Counted from the first letter of the stretch, positions 10,797 through 21,743 are shown. The stretch is 64,000 nt of DNA from Gemmatimonadales bacterium (GCA_965249575.1 OZ252244.1:1280001-1344000); one strand, 5' to 3'. The notes: generated by a model from the sequence alone, not told the origin. Numbers and translations are program-made.

Positions 10797-11324
10797 TCAC
10801 CCCGCGTCCAACACCGGAAGGTAGGCCCGCCAGGGGCCGACGGACGTGGCGTACTGCCGGGCCATGATCCGCGCGATCTGTCGGATGTGGCTAAAGTCGT
10901 GGACGACCCAAGTCGACAGGAGCTGTTGCATGGTGACGCGGCCGAACTCCGGATGGTGCCCCGCTCGTTCGAAGTCGGAGGGCTCGAGCCGTAGATCGCG
11001 CAACGCCTGCAGGTTCTCGACCCGCAGGGCCGCGAAGGTGTCCAACAACTCCTCCAGCGTTCGTCCCTTGCTCACCTCGAACTGGGCGAACCGGTCGAAC
11101 GGCTCAAAGGGCTGGGTCTCCCCCTTCTCTAAAACGATCTTCGCTCGGGGGATCCAATCGGCGCGCTCCCCATGGATGAGGTGCCCGACGACATCGAAGG
11201 GGCTCCACGTCTCGCCTCCCTCGTTGTGGCTCGTCCACGCCGGGGACAGGTCGCGCAGCAGCGCGACGAGGGTGGGTGGAGTGCGAGCCAAAACCTCCAT
11301 TGCGCGGTCAAGGTCAAAATCCAC
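10797..11324 (-). CDS. DinB family protein
   Basis: WSPFDVVGHLIHGE and WVVHDFSHIRQI His motifs; GGGAGG RBS. Confidence 0.85.
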   Translation of the reverse strand: MDFDLDRAMEVLARTPPTLVALLRDLSPAWTSHNEGGETWSPFDVVGHLIHGERADWIPRAKIVLEKGETQPFEPFDRFAQFEVSKGRTLEELLDTFAALRVENLQALRDLRLEPSDFERAGHHPEFGRVTMQQLLSTWVVHDFSHIRQIARIMARQYATSVGPWRAYLPVLDAG

Positions 11325-11434
11325 AGCCCTTTTCCTCCCTGTGAGACCAGCATACCCCTAAAGCGGCTCACCGCACGCCATGCGGCAACCCGTATCGGCG
11401 ATTCGAAGGGACGTACTGTTCGGAGTATGCCGGA

Positions 11435-13834
11435 TCAGACGCGGAAGAGGTAGCTCACCTTGAGGAAGAAGTTGTCGTTTACCCGTTCGAGCCTGCGGAA
11501 TCTGAAGGAACTGGGCTCCGTCAGGCTGGCCCCATAGCCGGCGAAGATGACGGTGCCGGGATTCGGCTGGTATGAGAAAAGCCAGTCTATCCGGAAATCG
11601 TTTGACGTCTCTTTCGTGGCAGGGGTAAAGGTGCCGTCGTCCTCATCGAATAACAGGATCGGGTTGCCCGTGCGCGAGTCGTCTCGGAGATCGTCCTGGA
11701 AGTTCGAGTCGTACTGACCCACCACGCGGAAGAAGATCGCCCGTGAGGCCTGATACTCCAACTTGAGGCGCGGAATCTGGCGGCGCCCTACGGTGCTGCC
11801 GTCCGTGAGCCTAATGTATTGCTGGAGGGGGTACCGAAAATTGATCCTCATCCTGTCGGTCGGCCGGAAATCTGCCGTAAACGTTGCGAACACGATGTAC
11901 GCGGGCGCCCATTCGAAAAAGTTCTCATCGCGTCCGGTGATGACGTTCAGGCTGGCCGAAAAGCGAGAAAACTGCGGCGTTCGGATGTTGAAAGACAGGT
12001 CGAGGTTCTGTATCCGGTTCGTTCCGACGTACGGAACCGTGTCCACAACACCCGATGCGAGCGTGCGCTCGATGTAGTAATCCTTATAGAGGTCGGGATC
12101 GTACTTGAACGACTCGACCATGAAATTCGCACGGAGGCGCCACCCACCACGGAAGGTGAACTCGTTGTTGAAGTGGAGCTTCGCATCGTTCGGCTCGTTC
12201 CCGTCGAGAAACTGGTCGTACTTCCAGTTGGCCAGGAGGTTGATCCGGGCGGTCCAGTTCTCCAACGTGGCCCCCGGATCTCCGTAGACGGTGAACCGGT
12301 TGGTGATGTTCGCATCGACGACATTGGTGCGCCGCACGAACCCGCTCGCAGCCCGGAAGTCGGGATGCGTGCCGCTGATCCGGTAGTTGAATCCGAACCC
12401 TCTGCCACTCCGGTCCACGGCGAGGTTCCAGAGCGGGGCCTCCGTAGTCGCGCCACCGGAGCGGGTGAAGCTCTCCGCGAACGTGAATCGGGCCCAATAG
12501 ACCTTACCGAACACCCAGCGCATGTCGCCGGCCACGACCCGGTTGTAATCGCTGCCGTCGATACGGTCGGTATAGGTCAGGCCCGCGGCGGAATTCGAGC
12601 CAACGTCGCGCCGGAGTCGGACAACGCTGAACACTGGATGGGCGGTACCGGGCGAAGAGTCAGTGACCGAGTTCGAGGCGGCCTTGCCGTCCACCGCCGA
12701 CAAGAACCCGACGTTCGTTCCCGAGACTTTGCCATTGAGCTTTACCGAGGCCACCGGGTCCACGATACTCCTCGTGTAAATCAACTGGCTCGGCGCCTGG
12801 AAGAACTCGTTGCCCTCTACGAAGAACGGCCGTTTTTCCGGGAAGAAGAGCGCCTGGCGCGGATCGAACACCTGTTGCTGGACATCCGCCTCGATCTGAG
12901 AGAAATCGGGATTGGCGGTCGCATTTAGTGCGAGGTTCGGCGTCAACCCCCAGCGGACGTTCCCCCCAAGCTCTGGATCGGGGTCGGCGTAGTCCCACCC
13001 GGGACCGACGGCGTTCGGCTCGCCAACCATGCTCGCGGTGAGAACCGGGTTCAGATCGAGCACCAGGCCGCGCTTGAGCTGGGTTAACCCTCGCAGCTTT
13101 CCGGACTGGCTCAGGAACGAGGCGCTGGCCCGCAACGCCGGGGTCCACGTCTGCTCATAACCCGAGTACTGAACCTTGCGGATGATGTTCACGCCCCAAT
13201 CCTGTACGGCGACCGACTGAAATCTGATGCTCTTGAACGGAATGCGGACCTCGACCTCGTACCCGCCGTCGGTAATCCGCCCCTTTGACTCGAACTGAAA
13301 ATCCTGGCTCAGGTCGGTCCGATCGATGCCGCCGGACTGTCCCCCCCGCCGCCGGAAGAACCCCCCGCCGCCTCCCTCGCTGCGCGTCCCATCGGCTTGC
13401 TGGCCCAGGGGGTTCACCGCAAAGACCAGCGCGCGCCGGTTGTCGTTGAACGTATCGAGCAGAATCGCGACATAATCGTCGTCACCGATCTTGTCGCGGT
13501 CGGCCAGCGTTCCCCGCACTCCACCGGGTGGCGCGAACGCCCTGACGCCGAAATACATGGCGCTCGACCCGTACCAGACGAGCACCTCTGTCGAATCCTC
13601 CGCCGGAAGACCGTCCACCGGACGGTACTGGGAGAAGCCGGTCAGAATCGCCGCGGTGCCCCACGGCGCCTCATCGAGAACCCCGTCGACCTGAATGGAG
13701 GCCTCCAGGCGAGGTACCGAAACGTCCAGCCGGTTCGCTCGACCGCTGTACACCTCCGGGTCCAGCGACACAGGCTGCAGGGTGGCCGACTGTTGCACCA
13801 TTGCAGCACCCAGCATCAGGATCAGACCAACCAC
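11435..13834 (-). CDS. DUF5916-type outer-membrane protein with N-terminal CBM9-like domain
   Basis: Signal peptide; IQVDGVLDEAPW, EVRIPFKSIRF, NPDFSQIEAD and FFPEKRPFF motifs; C-terminal KVSYLF barrel-like strand. Confidence 0.8.
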   Translation of the reverse strand: MVGLILMLGAAMVQQSATLQPVSLDPEVYSGRANRLDVSVPRLEASIQVDGVLDEAPWGTAAILTGFSQYRPVDGLPAEDSTEVLVWYGSSAMYFGVRAFAPPGGVRGTLADRDKIGDDDYVAILLDTFNDNRRALVFAVNPLGQQADGTRSEGGGGGFFRRRGGQSGGIDRTDLSQDFQFESKGRITDGGYEVEVRIPFKSIRFQSVAVQDWGVNIIRKVQYSGYEQTWTPALRASASFLSQSGKLRGLTQLKRGLVLDLNPVLTASMVGEPNAVGPGWDYADPDPELGGNVRWGLTPNLALNATANPDFSQIEADVQQQVFDPRQALFFPEKRPFFVEGNEFFQAPSQLIYTRSIVDPVASVKLNGKVSGTNVGFLSAVDGKAASNSVTDSSPGTAHPVFSVVRLRRDVGSNSAAGLTYTDRIDGSDYNRVVAGDMRWVFGKVYWARFTFAESFTRSGGATTEAPLWNLAVDRSGRGFGFNYRISGTHPDFRAASGFVRRTNVVDANITNRFTVYGDPGATLENWTARINLLANWKYDQFLDGNEPNDAKLHFNNEFTFRGGWRLRANFMVESFKYDPDLYKDYYIERTLASGVVDTVPYVGTNRIQNLDLSFNIRTPQFSRFSASLNVITGRDENFFEWAPAYIVFATFTADFRPTDRMRINFRYPLQQYIRLTDGSTVGRRQIPRLKLEYQASRAIFFRVVGQYDSNFQDDLRDDSRTGNPILLFDEDDGTFTPATKETSNDFRIDWLFSYQPNPGTVIFAGYGASLTEPSSFRFRRLERVNDNFFLKVSYLFRV

Positions 13835-14126
13835 ACGTTCTCCTCTGAGGGAAGTCTGACTCCCCTCAACTCGTTGTGGACAAGAGCGGCAAAGACTTTC
13901 AATATACTTCCGCGGCTGCGAAGGGGTCTAGCCAAGCTTGGTGCGTGTGGGAGACCGTTCAGCCGCGGCAAGGGACAGACCTCCGACACCGCGGGTGGGG
14001 TGGATTACATGGAAACCGACTTCCCCGACGCGCCCTGTCGCCCGTGGCCTCCCGCATCCGTAATCATCGTTCGCCATCGAGCCGTACATTAGCGCCCCCG
14101 CCCCGACCGACGATGCCGATCCGGCT

Positions 14127-15989
14127 TTGAGGGAAACTCGGGCGTTTTCAGTTCGGTCCATCGGCCTTGGCCTCGCCGCCATCGCTGCACTCTTCCACTT
14201 GTACGCTGCCGGCTTTTCGCCATTCACCGCGCTCGTGCAGCGGCCCGTACACCTCGCTCTGATGGCCGTGCTTGCTTTCTTGGGCGTCGGAACTCGCAGC
14301 CGGGATGCCCGCCCAGGCCGGAGATGGGCCGTCGCCGTCGATCGCGGGTCCCGCCCGCTGCTGCTTGCCGGTACGCTGCTCACGTGCGGGTACATCGTCC
14401 TCGTGCACGAGGCGCTTGTAACCCGCGCCGGCGCCGCCACCGCTCTCGATCTCGCCACGGGCGCGATCGCGATTCTCGTGGTGCTGGAGCTCGCGCGCCG
14501 CGCGACGGGGTGGGGGCTCGTGACAGTCGCGGCTTTGGCCCTCGCCTATGCCACCTCGGGCCCGCATCTGCCCGGCTTCCTCGCACACAGGGGCTACTCC
14601 GCTCGGCGCATCATCGAACATCTCTACCTGTCCACCGAAGGGATTTGGGGTGTGCCACTCGGAGTCTCGGCGGACTTCGTGTATCTGTTCGTTCTCTTCG
14701 GCGCGGTGCTGGAGGCCGCGGGCGGGGGCGAGCTTCTGATCGGACTGTCCTCTCGCGTTACCGGGCGCACGCGGGGAGGGACCGCCAAGACCGCCGCCAT
14801 AGCGAGCGCCATCATGGGCTCGCTCTCCGGGAGCGCGGTCGCCAACGTCGTCACCACCGGAAGCCTCACCATTCCGGTCATGAAGCGGGCGGGGTTCCGC
14901 CCCCATTTTGCCGGCGCGATCGAGGCGGCGGCAAGCACCGGCGGCCAGCTCATGCCGCCGATCATGGGGGCCGGCGCGTTTATCCTCGCCACATGGACCA
15001 ACATCCCGTACTTCGACGTGGCGGCGGCAGCGGCCATCCCCGCGGTTCTCTACTACGTGGCGCTCTTCATGGCAATCCATTTCAAGGCTCGCCAGATGGG
15101 ACTGCCACCGGAGCCACCCCAAAAGATCCTCTCCGTGCTGCCGCGCATCCACCTGCTCTTGTCACTTGGCGTCATCGTGGCGCTGCTCGCCATGGGACGT
15201 TCGCCCATGCGAGCCGCGTTCTGGGGAGCGGTGTCGGCGCTCGTGCTGACGGGACTCAGGCAACAGACACGCTTGAGCTTTGACGCCCTGGGACATGCCT
15301 TGCTCCGGGCCGCGTCCGGTACCGTGCAGGTCGCGGCAGCGTGCGCGGCGGCCGGGATCGTCGTTGGCGTTGCCTCCCTCACGGGCATCGGCCTGCGCAT
15401 GTCGGAATTGATCGTCACACTGTCGGGTGGCTATTTGCCGCTCGCCCTCATCCTCACGGCGTTGGGCTCAATCGTTCTGGGCATGGGGCTTCCCACAACC
15501 GCCGCGTACGTCGTCCTCGCCGCGCTCGGAGCGCCGGCACTCATCTCGCTCGGTACGCCCGTACTGGCGGCGCATCTCTTCATCTTCTATTTCGGATGCC
15601 TGTCGAACGTCACGCCGCCCGTTTCGCTGGCGGCATATGCGGCGGCCGGAATTGCCAATGCGCCCCCCATGAAGACCGCGGGCACCGCGATGCTACTGGC
15701 GGGCTCGGGGTTCATCGTCCCCTTTGGTTTCGTGTACGCCCCGGCGCTACTTGCCGCAGCCCCGCTGGGCGACATCGTGATTACCGCCGGCACGACTGCG
15801 TGCGGGGTCGCCGCCCTCGCAGCAGCCACTTTGGGACACGCGATAGGACCATTGAGACCGCTGCAACGGCTCCTCGTTGCGATGTCGGCCCTGGCGCTGA
15901 TCTGGCCGGGACCGATTACCGATCTCCTGGGAGCCGGCGTGCTCGGCCTGTTGATCCTGGCTCACACCACGCGGAAGGGGCGCGGGTGA
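14127..15989 (+). CDS. TRAP transporter fused 4TM/12TM permease (TAXI type)
   Basis: Polytopic; GSAVANVVTTG, EAAASTGGQLMPPIMGAGAF, GMGLPTTAAY and TPPVSLAAY motifs. Confidence 0.92.
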   Translation: MRETRAFSVRSIGLGLAAIAALFHLYAAGFSPFTALVQRPVHLALMAVLAFLGVGTRSRDARPGRRWAVAVDRGSRPLLLAGTLLTCGYIVLVHEALVTRAGAATALDLATGAIAILVVLELARRATGWGLVTVAALALAYATSGPHLPGFLAHRGYSARRIIEHLYLSTEGIWGVPLGVSADFVYLFVLFGAVLEAAGGGELLIGLSSRVTGRTRGGTAKTAAIASAIMGSLSGSAVANVVTTGSLTIPVMKRAGFRPHFAGAIEAAASTGGQLMPPIMGAGAFILATWTNIPYFDVAAAAAIPAVLYYVALFMAIHFKARQMGLPPEPPQKILSVLPRIHLLLSLGVIVALLAMGRSPMRAAFWGAVSALVLTGLRQQTRLSFDALGHALLRAASGTVQVAAACAAAGIVVGVASLTGIGLRMSELIVTLSGGYLPLALILTALGSIVLGMGLPTTAAYVVLAALGAPALISLGTPVLAAHLFIFYFGCLSNVTPPVSLAAYAAAGIANAPPMKTAGTAMLLAGSGFIVPFGFVYAPALLAAAPLGDIVITAGTTACGVAALAAATLGHAIGPLRPLQRLLVAMSALALIWPGPITDLLGAGVLGLLILAHTTRKGRG

Positions 15990-15995
15990 TCCAGA

Positions 15996-16796
15996 TCAGT
16001 CGAGCGCAAGCGTGAGGCACTTCGCGCTCCCCCCAGCCTTCAGGAACTCATCGAGCAAGACCGGATGGGGCGTGTAACCGCGTTCGCCAAGTAGTGCTGC
16101 CGTTTCGTCACAGCCAGCCGGCAACACGACGTGCTCGCCAACGCAGACGGCATTACAGGCGAACCGATGCGCATCCCGGCCAGGCACGGCCAACCGGCGG
16201 TGCTCATCGAGACGCTGGGTGATGACGGCCAGCGCGTAGGAGTCGAACGCCGCTGGGTGGTACAGTACTTCACCGCCGCTCAATGGGCAGAAGCAGGTGT
16301 CCAAATGATAGAAACGAGCATCGACGAGCTCAACTGGAATGATCTCGCGCTCGAACAAAGCGCTCAACTCGGTGTAGGCCCGGATATCGCTCCGCTGACG
16401 GTACGCACCGAGCCACAGATCGGGTACGCCCAGTAAGTCCCCTGCACCCTCGAAGTAGAGCCCCTCCTCCAGCGGCCGAACCTCATACCTGTCCCGCTCG
16501 AACCACGCCTCAAAGAACGCTTCCTCCCGCTGGCGCTCCGGATGGCGAAACCGGCTCGGAACGGCGCGACCGTCAACGACGACGCCCGCGTTCGCCGTGA
16601 ACACGAGGTCGGGCAGGCCCGGTACCGGCACCATTCGCTCCAGCTCGACTCCCAACTCGATTCCTAGGAGCTCCATGAGTCCATCCCACTGACGACGGGC
16701 CTCCACGAGGTCGACAACGCTCGACTGGCTCATCCATGGGTTGATCGCATAGTCAATTCTGAAGTGGTCGGGGGGACAGACGAGGATCCGGGGCAT
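15996..16796 (-). CDS. Amidinotransferase-family enzyme resembling the ArgZ/AgrE arginine dihydrolase domain
   Basis: CPPDHF-DYAINPWM, PDLVFTANAG, FEGAGD, FYHLDT and GGSAKCL motifs; ATG overlaps upstream stop (TGATG). Confidence 0.82.
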   Translation of the reverse strand: MPRILVCPPDHFRIDYAINPWMSQSSVVDLVEARRQWDGLMELLGIELGVELERMVPVPGLPDLVFTANAGVVVDGRAVPSRFRHPERQREEAFFEAWFERDRYEVRPLEEGLYFEGAGDLLGVPDLWLGAYRQRSDIRAYTELSALFEREIIPVELVDARFYHLDTCFCPLSGGEVLYHPAAFDSYALAVITQRLDEHRRLAVPGRDAHRFACNAVCVGEHVVLPAGCDETAALLGERGYTPHPVLLDEFLKAGGSAKCLTLALD

Positions 16797-18028
16797 CACT
16801 TCCAGCCCAACGCCCGTGCAAGCTCTCGCAGGAAGGACGCCGCATCCATCACCAAGCCGACCGCCTGGAACGTCCCGCGGTCGGCCAGTTTGGTGGGGAC
16901 CGCCGGGTTCACATCTACACACACCGTCGGCACGGCAGCGGGCAGCAGGTTCCCCGTCGCCACCGCATGGAGGGTCGATGCAACCAGGAGCGCGAGGCCT
17001 ACGTCCGCCACCGCCGCCCGCATGACACCCTGCGCGACCATGGAATCGGTAATGACCCCGGGCAAGGGGCCGTCGTCTCGGATTGACCCGGCCATGACGA
17101 TCTGGACCCCACTCCGCACGCAGGCCGCCATGATTCCGTCCTTGACGACACCCGTCCGCACCGCCTTCTCGATACTGCCGATTTGGCGAATGCGGTTGAT
17201 CGCTCGAAGATGATGCTCGTGCCCGTGCGGCACGAGGCGCCCCGCCGCCAGCCGATACCCGAGCGAGGTCCCGTACAGATCAGCCTCGATGTCGTGCGCC
17301 GGCAGCGCGTTCCCACAGAACAACACGTGGATGAAGCCGGATTCGATCATCCATGCCAGGGGTTCCCTGCCGCCCGCGTGAATGATTGCCGGCCCACCAA
17401 CGAGCAGCACCCGCCGCCTTCCCTCCCGCTGCTTACGGAGCGCCTGGATCCGCTCCGCAACGTCGGCGATCGCGTAGCTGTGTGGGCGTTCGGACGAAAC
17501 CTGCGATGCCATGAAGCTGAACACGTCCCGCTCCCTGGGCCGCTCCAACGGAAGCACCCGCACGCCCTCCCGCCCGGTGACGATCAGATCGCCTTTCTGT
17601 ACCTCACTCATGGAAACAGTCACGGCGTGCGGCCCCGCACGGTCGATGTGAATAGCAAGGTCCATTTCGATCTTCTCGACGTCCACCCACCCACCCCCCA
17701 ATCGAACCTGTGTGGGAAGGTGTGACGTTGCGTAGAATCCTTCCGGCAGGACCCCGTTCTCGGGAGCGGCCTCCATCGAACAATCCGATTCGCGCTCCAC
17801 GGCCGCGCCGTGCGGCTGGATCGCTTCCAAGATGTCGGCCAATAGCTCGGTTGAGCCCGCCCTGATGACGATCTTGGCGTAGGACGTCTCGTCTCGAGTG
17901 ACACCGATGTGCACGTCCCCCAAATCGAACGTTCCCCCCATCATCACGATCGTATCCAACACTTTCGCGAGAATCAGTGAATCGATGATGTGTCCTTCGA
18001 GTACGACGGTTTCTTGAACCACTGTCAT
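16796..18028 (-). CDS. TIGR00300-type protein resembling the ArgZ/AgrE C-terminal ornithine cyclodeaminase
   Basis: LEGHIIDS, FSFMASQVSSE, GGPAIIH, GNALPAHDIE, AGSIRDDGPLP and KLADRGT motifs. Confidence 0.85.
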   Translation of the reverse strand: MTVVQETVVLEGHIIDSLILAKVLDTIVMMGGTFDLGDVHIGVTRDETSYAKIVIRAGSTELLADILEAIQPHGAAVERESDCSMEAAPENGVLPEGFYATSHLPTQVRLGGGWVDVEKIEMDLAIHIDRAGPHAVTVSMSEVQKGDLIVTGREGVRVLPLERPRERDVFSFMASQVSSERPHSYAIADVAERIQALRKQREGRRRVLLVGGPAIIHAGGREPLAWMIESGFIHVLFCGNALPAHDIEADLYGTSLGYRLAAGRLVPHGHEHHLRAINRIRQIGSIEKAVRTGVVKDGIMAACVRSGVQIVMAGSIRDDGPLPGVITDSMVAQGVMRAAVADVGLALLVASTLHAVATGNLLPAAVPTVCVDVNPAVPTKLADRGTFQAVGLVMDAASFLRELARALGWK

Positions 18029-18128
18029 GCTGCCCCTGCCTTTGAGTTCAAGGTTGTGAGAGCGCTCGCACAAGGCCCCTCGAAGTGAGCCGCGCTGGCC
18101 TCGACGGGCTGTCGCTGTTCACTTTTCA

Positions 18129-19130
18129 GTGATGATGGGACGTGCCCACCCTCTCCGGAAATCGAGTGACCTGGCCAGACGGTGCCTGGCCCACGACGCA
18201 GCGATGCTCGCGCTGATCCTCGTGCAGGCAACCTGCCTGTCAGGGGGGCGCGACTCGACTGGACGCTTCTTGAGCATCGGTACGGGCGGCACCGGAGGCA
18301 TCTACTACCCCCTCGGCGGCGCACTCGCCAGCCGCCTGTCAGTGCTGGACTCAGCCCGCCAGTTCACCGCTGAGGTCACCGGTGGGTCGGTCGAAAACGT
18401 GAATCGGGTCGCGCGCGGCGACGTCGATCTCGGATTCGCGATCGGAACGACCGTGTTCGAGGCGTTCCACGGCGGGCCCGGCTTCGAGCGACCCCTTGAT
18501 GGTCTCCGGATCGTGGCACCGATCTATCCTAATGTCACGCATGTCCTCGTAGGAAGGAACTCCACCGCCACGTCGCTCGCGGGCCTACGCGACCGACGTG
18601 TATCCGTCGGGGCGCCCGGGAGCGGGACCGAACAGATGGCACGGCAGCTCTTGGAGGCGTACGGAATCACGTACGACGATATCGACGTTCGGTACCTCTC
18701 ATTTCGGGAATCGTCGGACGCGCTGCGTGACGGAGCAATCGACGCTGCGATCTTCTCGGTTGGATACCCGGCCTCCGCGGTGCTCGAAGCCACCGCCACC
18801 GGGGGAGCGAGGCTGCTGGGAATCAGTCCGCGCGAGGGGTCTCGGCTTTTTGACCAGTATTCCTATTATACGGCCGGCACGATTCCGACAGGCGCGTATC
18901 CGGGAGTTTCTGAAGACGTTCCCACCATCCGCACGATGAACTGGATCGTCTCCACCAACGATCTGGACGCTTCAGTGGTGAGACACATTCTGAACATCCT
19001 CGAGAAGGAGCGTGATGAATTGGCACAGGTGAACGACGTGGCGAGGCAGATCGATCTCACACGGCTCCAATCCGCGCCCATCCAGCTCCATCCCGCGACG
19101 GAGCGCTGGATCCGAAACCGCGTGCAGTAG
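18129..19130 (+). CDS. TAXI-family TRAP solute-binding protein
   Basis: IGTGGTGGIYYPLG, TGGSVENV, SVGAPGSGTE and PIQLHP motifs; exact start uncertain. Confidence 0.9.
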   Translation: MMMGRAHPLRKSSDLARRCLAHDAAMLALILVQATCLSGGRDSTGRFLSIGTGGTGGIYYPLGGALASRLSVLDSARQFTAEVTGGSVENVNRVARGDVDLGFAIGTTVFEAFHGGPGFERPLDGLRIVAPIYPNVTHVLVGRNSTATSLAGLRDRRVSVGAPGSGTEQMARQLLEAYGITYDDIDVRYLSFRESSDALRDGAIDAAIFSVGYPASAVLEATATGGARLLGISPREGSRLFDQYSYYTAGTIPTGAYPGVSEDVPTIRTMNWIVSTNDLDASVVRHILNILEKERDELAQVNDVARQIDLTRLQSAPIQLHPATERWIRNRVQ

Positions 19131-19166
19131 GCACCGGTCCCTTTCCCAGGCCTGAGGATGCGATCC

Positions 19167-20082
19167 TCACACAGAAAACGATTCCGGTTCGCGCAACGCG
19201 CGCGAGTGCAGCTCCTCATCGATGTTGCGGCCCGTGACGATCATGATCGTCGCGCCGTTTGGGTTGCCGATCTGGGCGAGTGACGCCAGTCCCGCGGCCG
19301 CCGCGCCCTCGGCACGGATACCCTCGGAGTGAAACGCCGAGATCGCGTGCGCGAGCTCTCGGTCGGTAACGTACAGCATTTGATCTACGACACGCCGCAG
19401 GACGTCCACGGCATATGGGATCGCTACACGGAGCGCGAGTCCGTCGGCGAACGTGTTCATCCGCCTGCACTCGACGGGGCGTCCCGCTTCCCAAGACAGC
19501 GCCATGACCGGCGCGCCCTTCGCGACGACGCCGACCACCTGTGTGGCGGCCTCACGTCTTCGAAGCGCTTCGCCAATGCCGCCAACGAGCGCGCCGTTGC
19601 CGATCGGGACAACCACGGTGCTGGGGGCTTGGCCAAGCTGTTCCAGGATTTCCTCGGCAATGGCGCCGTAGCCGCGATACTGGGCGGGCTCGGATCCGTC
19701 CTCGAAGAACGCGAATCCACATTGCCCTGCGAAACCACGCGCGCTGTCTTTCGCCTCGTCCAGATCCGCTCCGACGAGGCGCACGTCAGCGCCGAACCCC
19801 TCGATTACCGCGAGTTTCGTGCGCGACGCTCCGACCGGCGCGAAGACGACCGCCTCCAGCCCCAGCCGCCGGGCCGCCCAAGCGGTGGCAGCGCCATGGT
19901 TGCCCGTAGAGGCGGTGACTACCCCCCGGGGCTCCGCGGGATCGGAAATCCTCGAGCGCGGGGAGTGCCCCCCGCCATTTGAAGGCCCCGAGCTCGAGCA
20001 CGTCTTCTCGTTTCAAGAACAGCCGGCGTTCGGCGGCAATGGACTGCGGAGCAAGCTCCAGGGGGGGTTGGAGGGGCAACAC
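19167..20082 (-). pseudogene. PLP-dependent threonine dehydratase-like enzyme with one frameshift (real or sequencing error)
   Basis: LKRED...GAFKWRG in one frame; VVTASTGNHG and VPIGNGAL in another; one extra G in the G6 run near 19922-19927. Confidence 0.8.
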
Positions 20083-20198
20083 GCGGCTAAGATCGGTACG
20101 ATGGCGCCCGGGAGGGCCGACGGATCAATCGGCCGCAAGCGAGAACAGGACGTGATACGACCGTCCGCATCACGCCCTGTCTTCCAGAGTTCCCGGAG

Positions 20199-21593
20199 CT
20201 AGCGAAGCGCCGCCCTCTGCGGCCGAGGCGCGCCCTCCGGTCCGTTATCCCAGTCCTGCACGCTGGAGATGTTCGGCATTCCCCACTGATGCCCGTTCCA
20301 GCCATCGAAACCGTCCATCTTGAACGCCCAGAAGCCGGTATACATGTCCCCCGTCACGATGAGTCCGTCGGCATTCCGCACATCAATGCCAAAGGAGCCG
20401 TTGGTAACGGAGCCCCTGCCGGGCGCGGCCCTTGGCTCCCAGGGATTGGACTTGTCGATCTGATTGGGACCGTCGTAGGTATCGAAGTAGGCCACGGTAT
20501 ACGGATTCGTCGGGTCCATCATGTTGAAAACGTGAACGCCGTCTTCGTACGACGAGACGAAAACGTAGGGCCATCTGATCTCGTGGTTGTGCGGCAATCC
20601 CTGCCAGCGGGAGGTCCAGGCACCGATGGGTCGCGAGATCGTCTCCACCTCGCCATCCAGAGCGGGCTTCAGATCGATGATTCGCAGGGGCGCATACTGG
20701 TACTCCGACTCGAGCACCGCGTACCGCCCGTCAGGGGTCGGGGTAAACGTGTGGCCCCGGCTCATCCCAGCGATTCCAGTCGCGGACGTGATGAGCTTTG
20801 GTTCCCTGACGTCGGTAATGTCGTATACGAAGAAGCCGCCCGAGCCCGGACCGTAGAACTTGTCCTGTCGGGTGGCGGGATCGTAGCCGACGTAAAAGTC
20901 GTGGTACCCGCGTCCCGAGCCGGACGGGTTGGGAACGCGCGAGACGAGTCCGTCGTTCGGGTCGCCGGCGATAAGCTGCTTCAGGTCGTACACGTTCCCG
21001 TGCGGACCGCCGACGGTCGCGAACAGCAACGCGTCGCCGTTCGAGTGCTTGTACGCGAAGATGTTGTGGAAACCGCCGGGCGTATCCGATGCTTCGATTC
21101 GGCCCACCTCGCGCACCGTCGAGGTATCAGGCAGACCCGTGACGTCAAAAACGACCGCTCCGAGCTCGGCATCTGGCCCGCCGGGCCGGAATTGGAACGA
21201 CTGGGCACTGTAGTATCGGCCGTCGATCTTGAAGTACTTGTTGTCGAGAGCCCGGCCGGTATGGAGGTCCGGATTGTCGATCTCCCAGTTGTAGATCACC
21301 TTGGCCCGGGTGGGCTCCTTGATATCGATGATCGAGAAGCCGTACGTCGCTCTCCGGGACAGGTACACGTACGGCCGCGACAACTCCTGCTCGATCTCGA
21401 GGTCGTTCGCGTGAAACGGCCCGCCCATCGGGATGTGCGAGATGATCTTCATGTTGGTCGAGCCTTGCTGTCCGGGTCCCAGACTACTACCCGGGTGGTA
21501 CGCTTGGGCGGCCGCCATCGAAACCCCGGGCAGCACCAGCACCATCGTCATCAAGGGGGAAAGCAGCAGGTTGCGCCTAATTTCCTGAAACAT
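20199..21593 (-). CDS. Secreted 4-His beta-propeller paralogue P6
   Basis: GGAGGTG RBS before ATG 21593; AAA-Q signal; family motifs. Confidence 0.9.
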   Translation of the reverse strand: MFQEIRRNLLLSPLMTMVLVLPGVSMAAAQAYHPGSSLGPGQQGSTNMKIISHIPMGGPFHANDLEIEQELSRPYVYLSRRATYGFSIIDIKEPTRAKVIYNWEIDNPDLHTGRALDNKYFKIDGRYYSAQSFQFRPGGPDAELGAVVFDVTGLPDTSTVREVGRIEASDTPGGFHNIFAYKHSNGDALLFATVGGPHGNVYDLKQLIAGDPNDGLVSRVPNPSGSGRGYHDFYVGYDPATRQDKFYGPGSGGFFVYDITDVREPKLITSATGIAGMSRGHTFTPTPDGRYAVLESEYQYAPLRIIDLKPALDGEVETISRPIGAWTSRWQGLPHNHEIRWPYVFVSSYEDGVHVFNMMDPTNPYTVAYFDTYDGPNQIDKSNPWEPRAAPGRGSVTNGSFGIDVRNADGLIVTGDMYTGFWAFKMDGFDGWNGHQWGMPNISSVQDWDNGPEGAPRPQRAALR

Positions 21594-21743
21594 CCTCACC
21601 TCCAAGGGGTCCTAAATTCGGTAGTCGTCCCCACCAGACCAGCGCCGGAGGCGACTGTGGAACGGAGCTTCAATGTGCAGGCTCAGTAGAACCCGGGCAA
21701 CCCCGCGGCTCGCGTTATCGGACCGGCAGAACGGGAACGGTCA

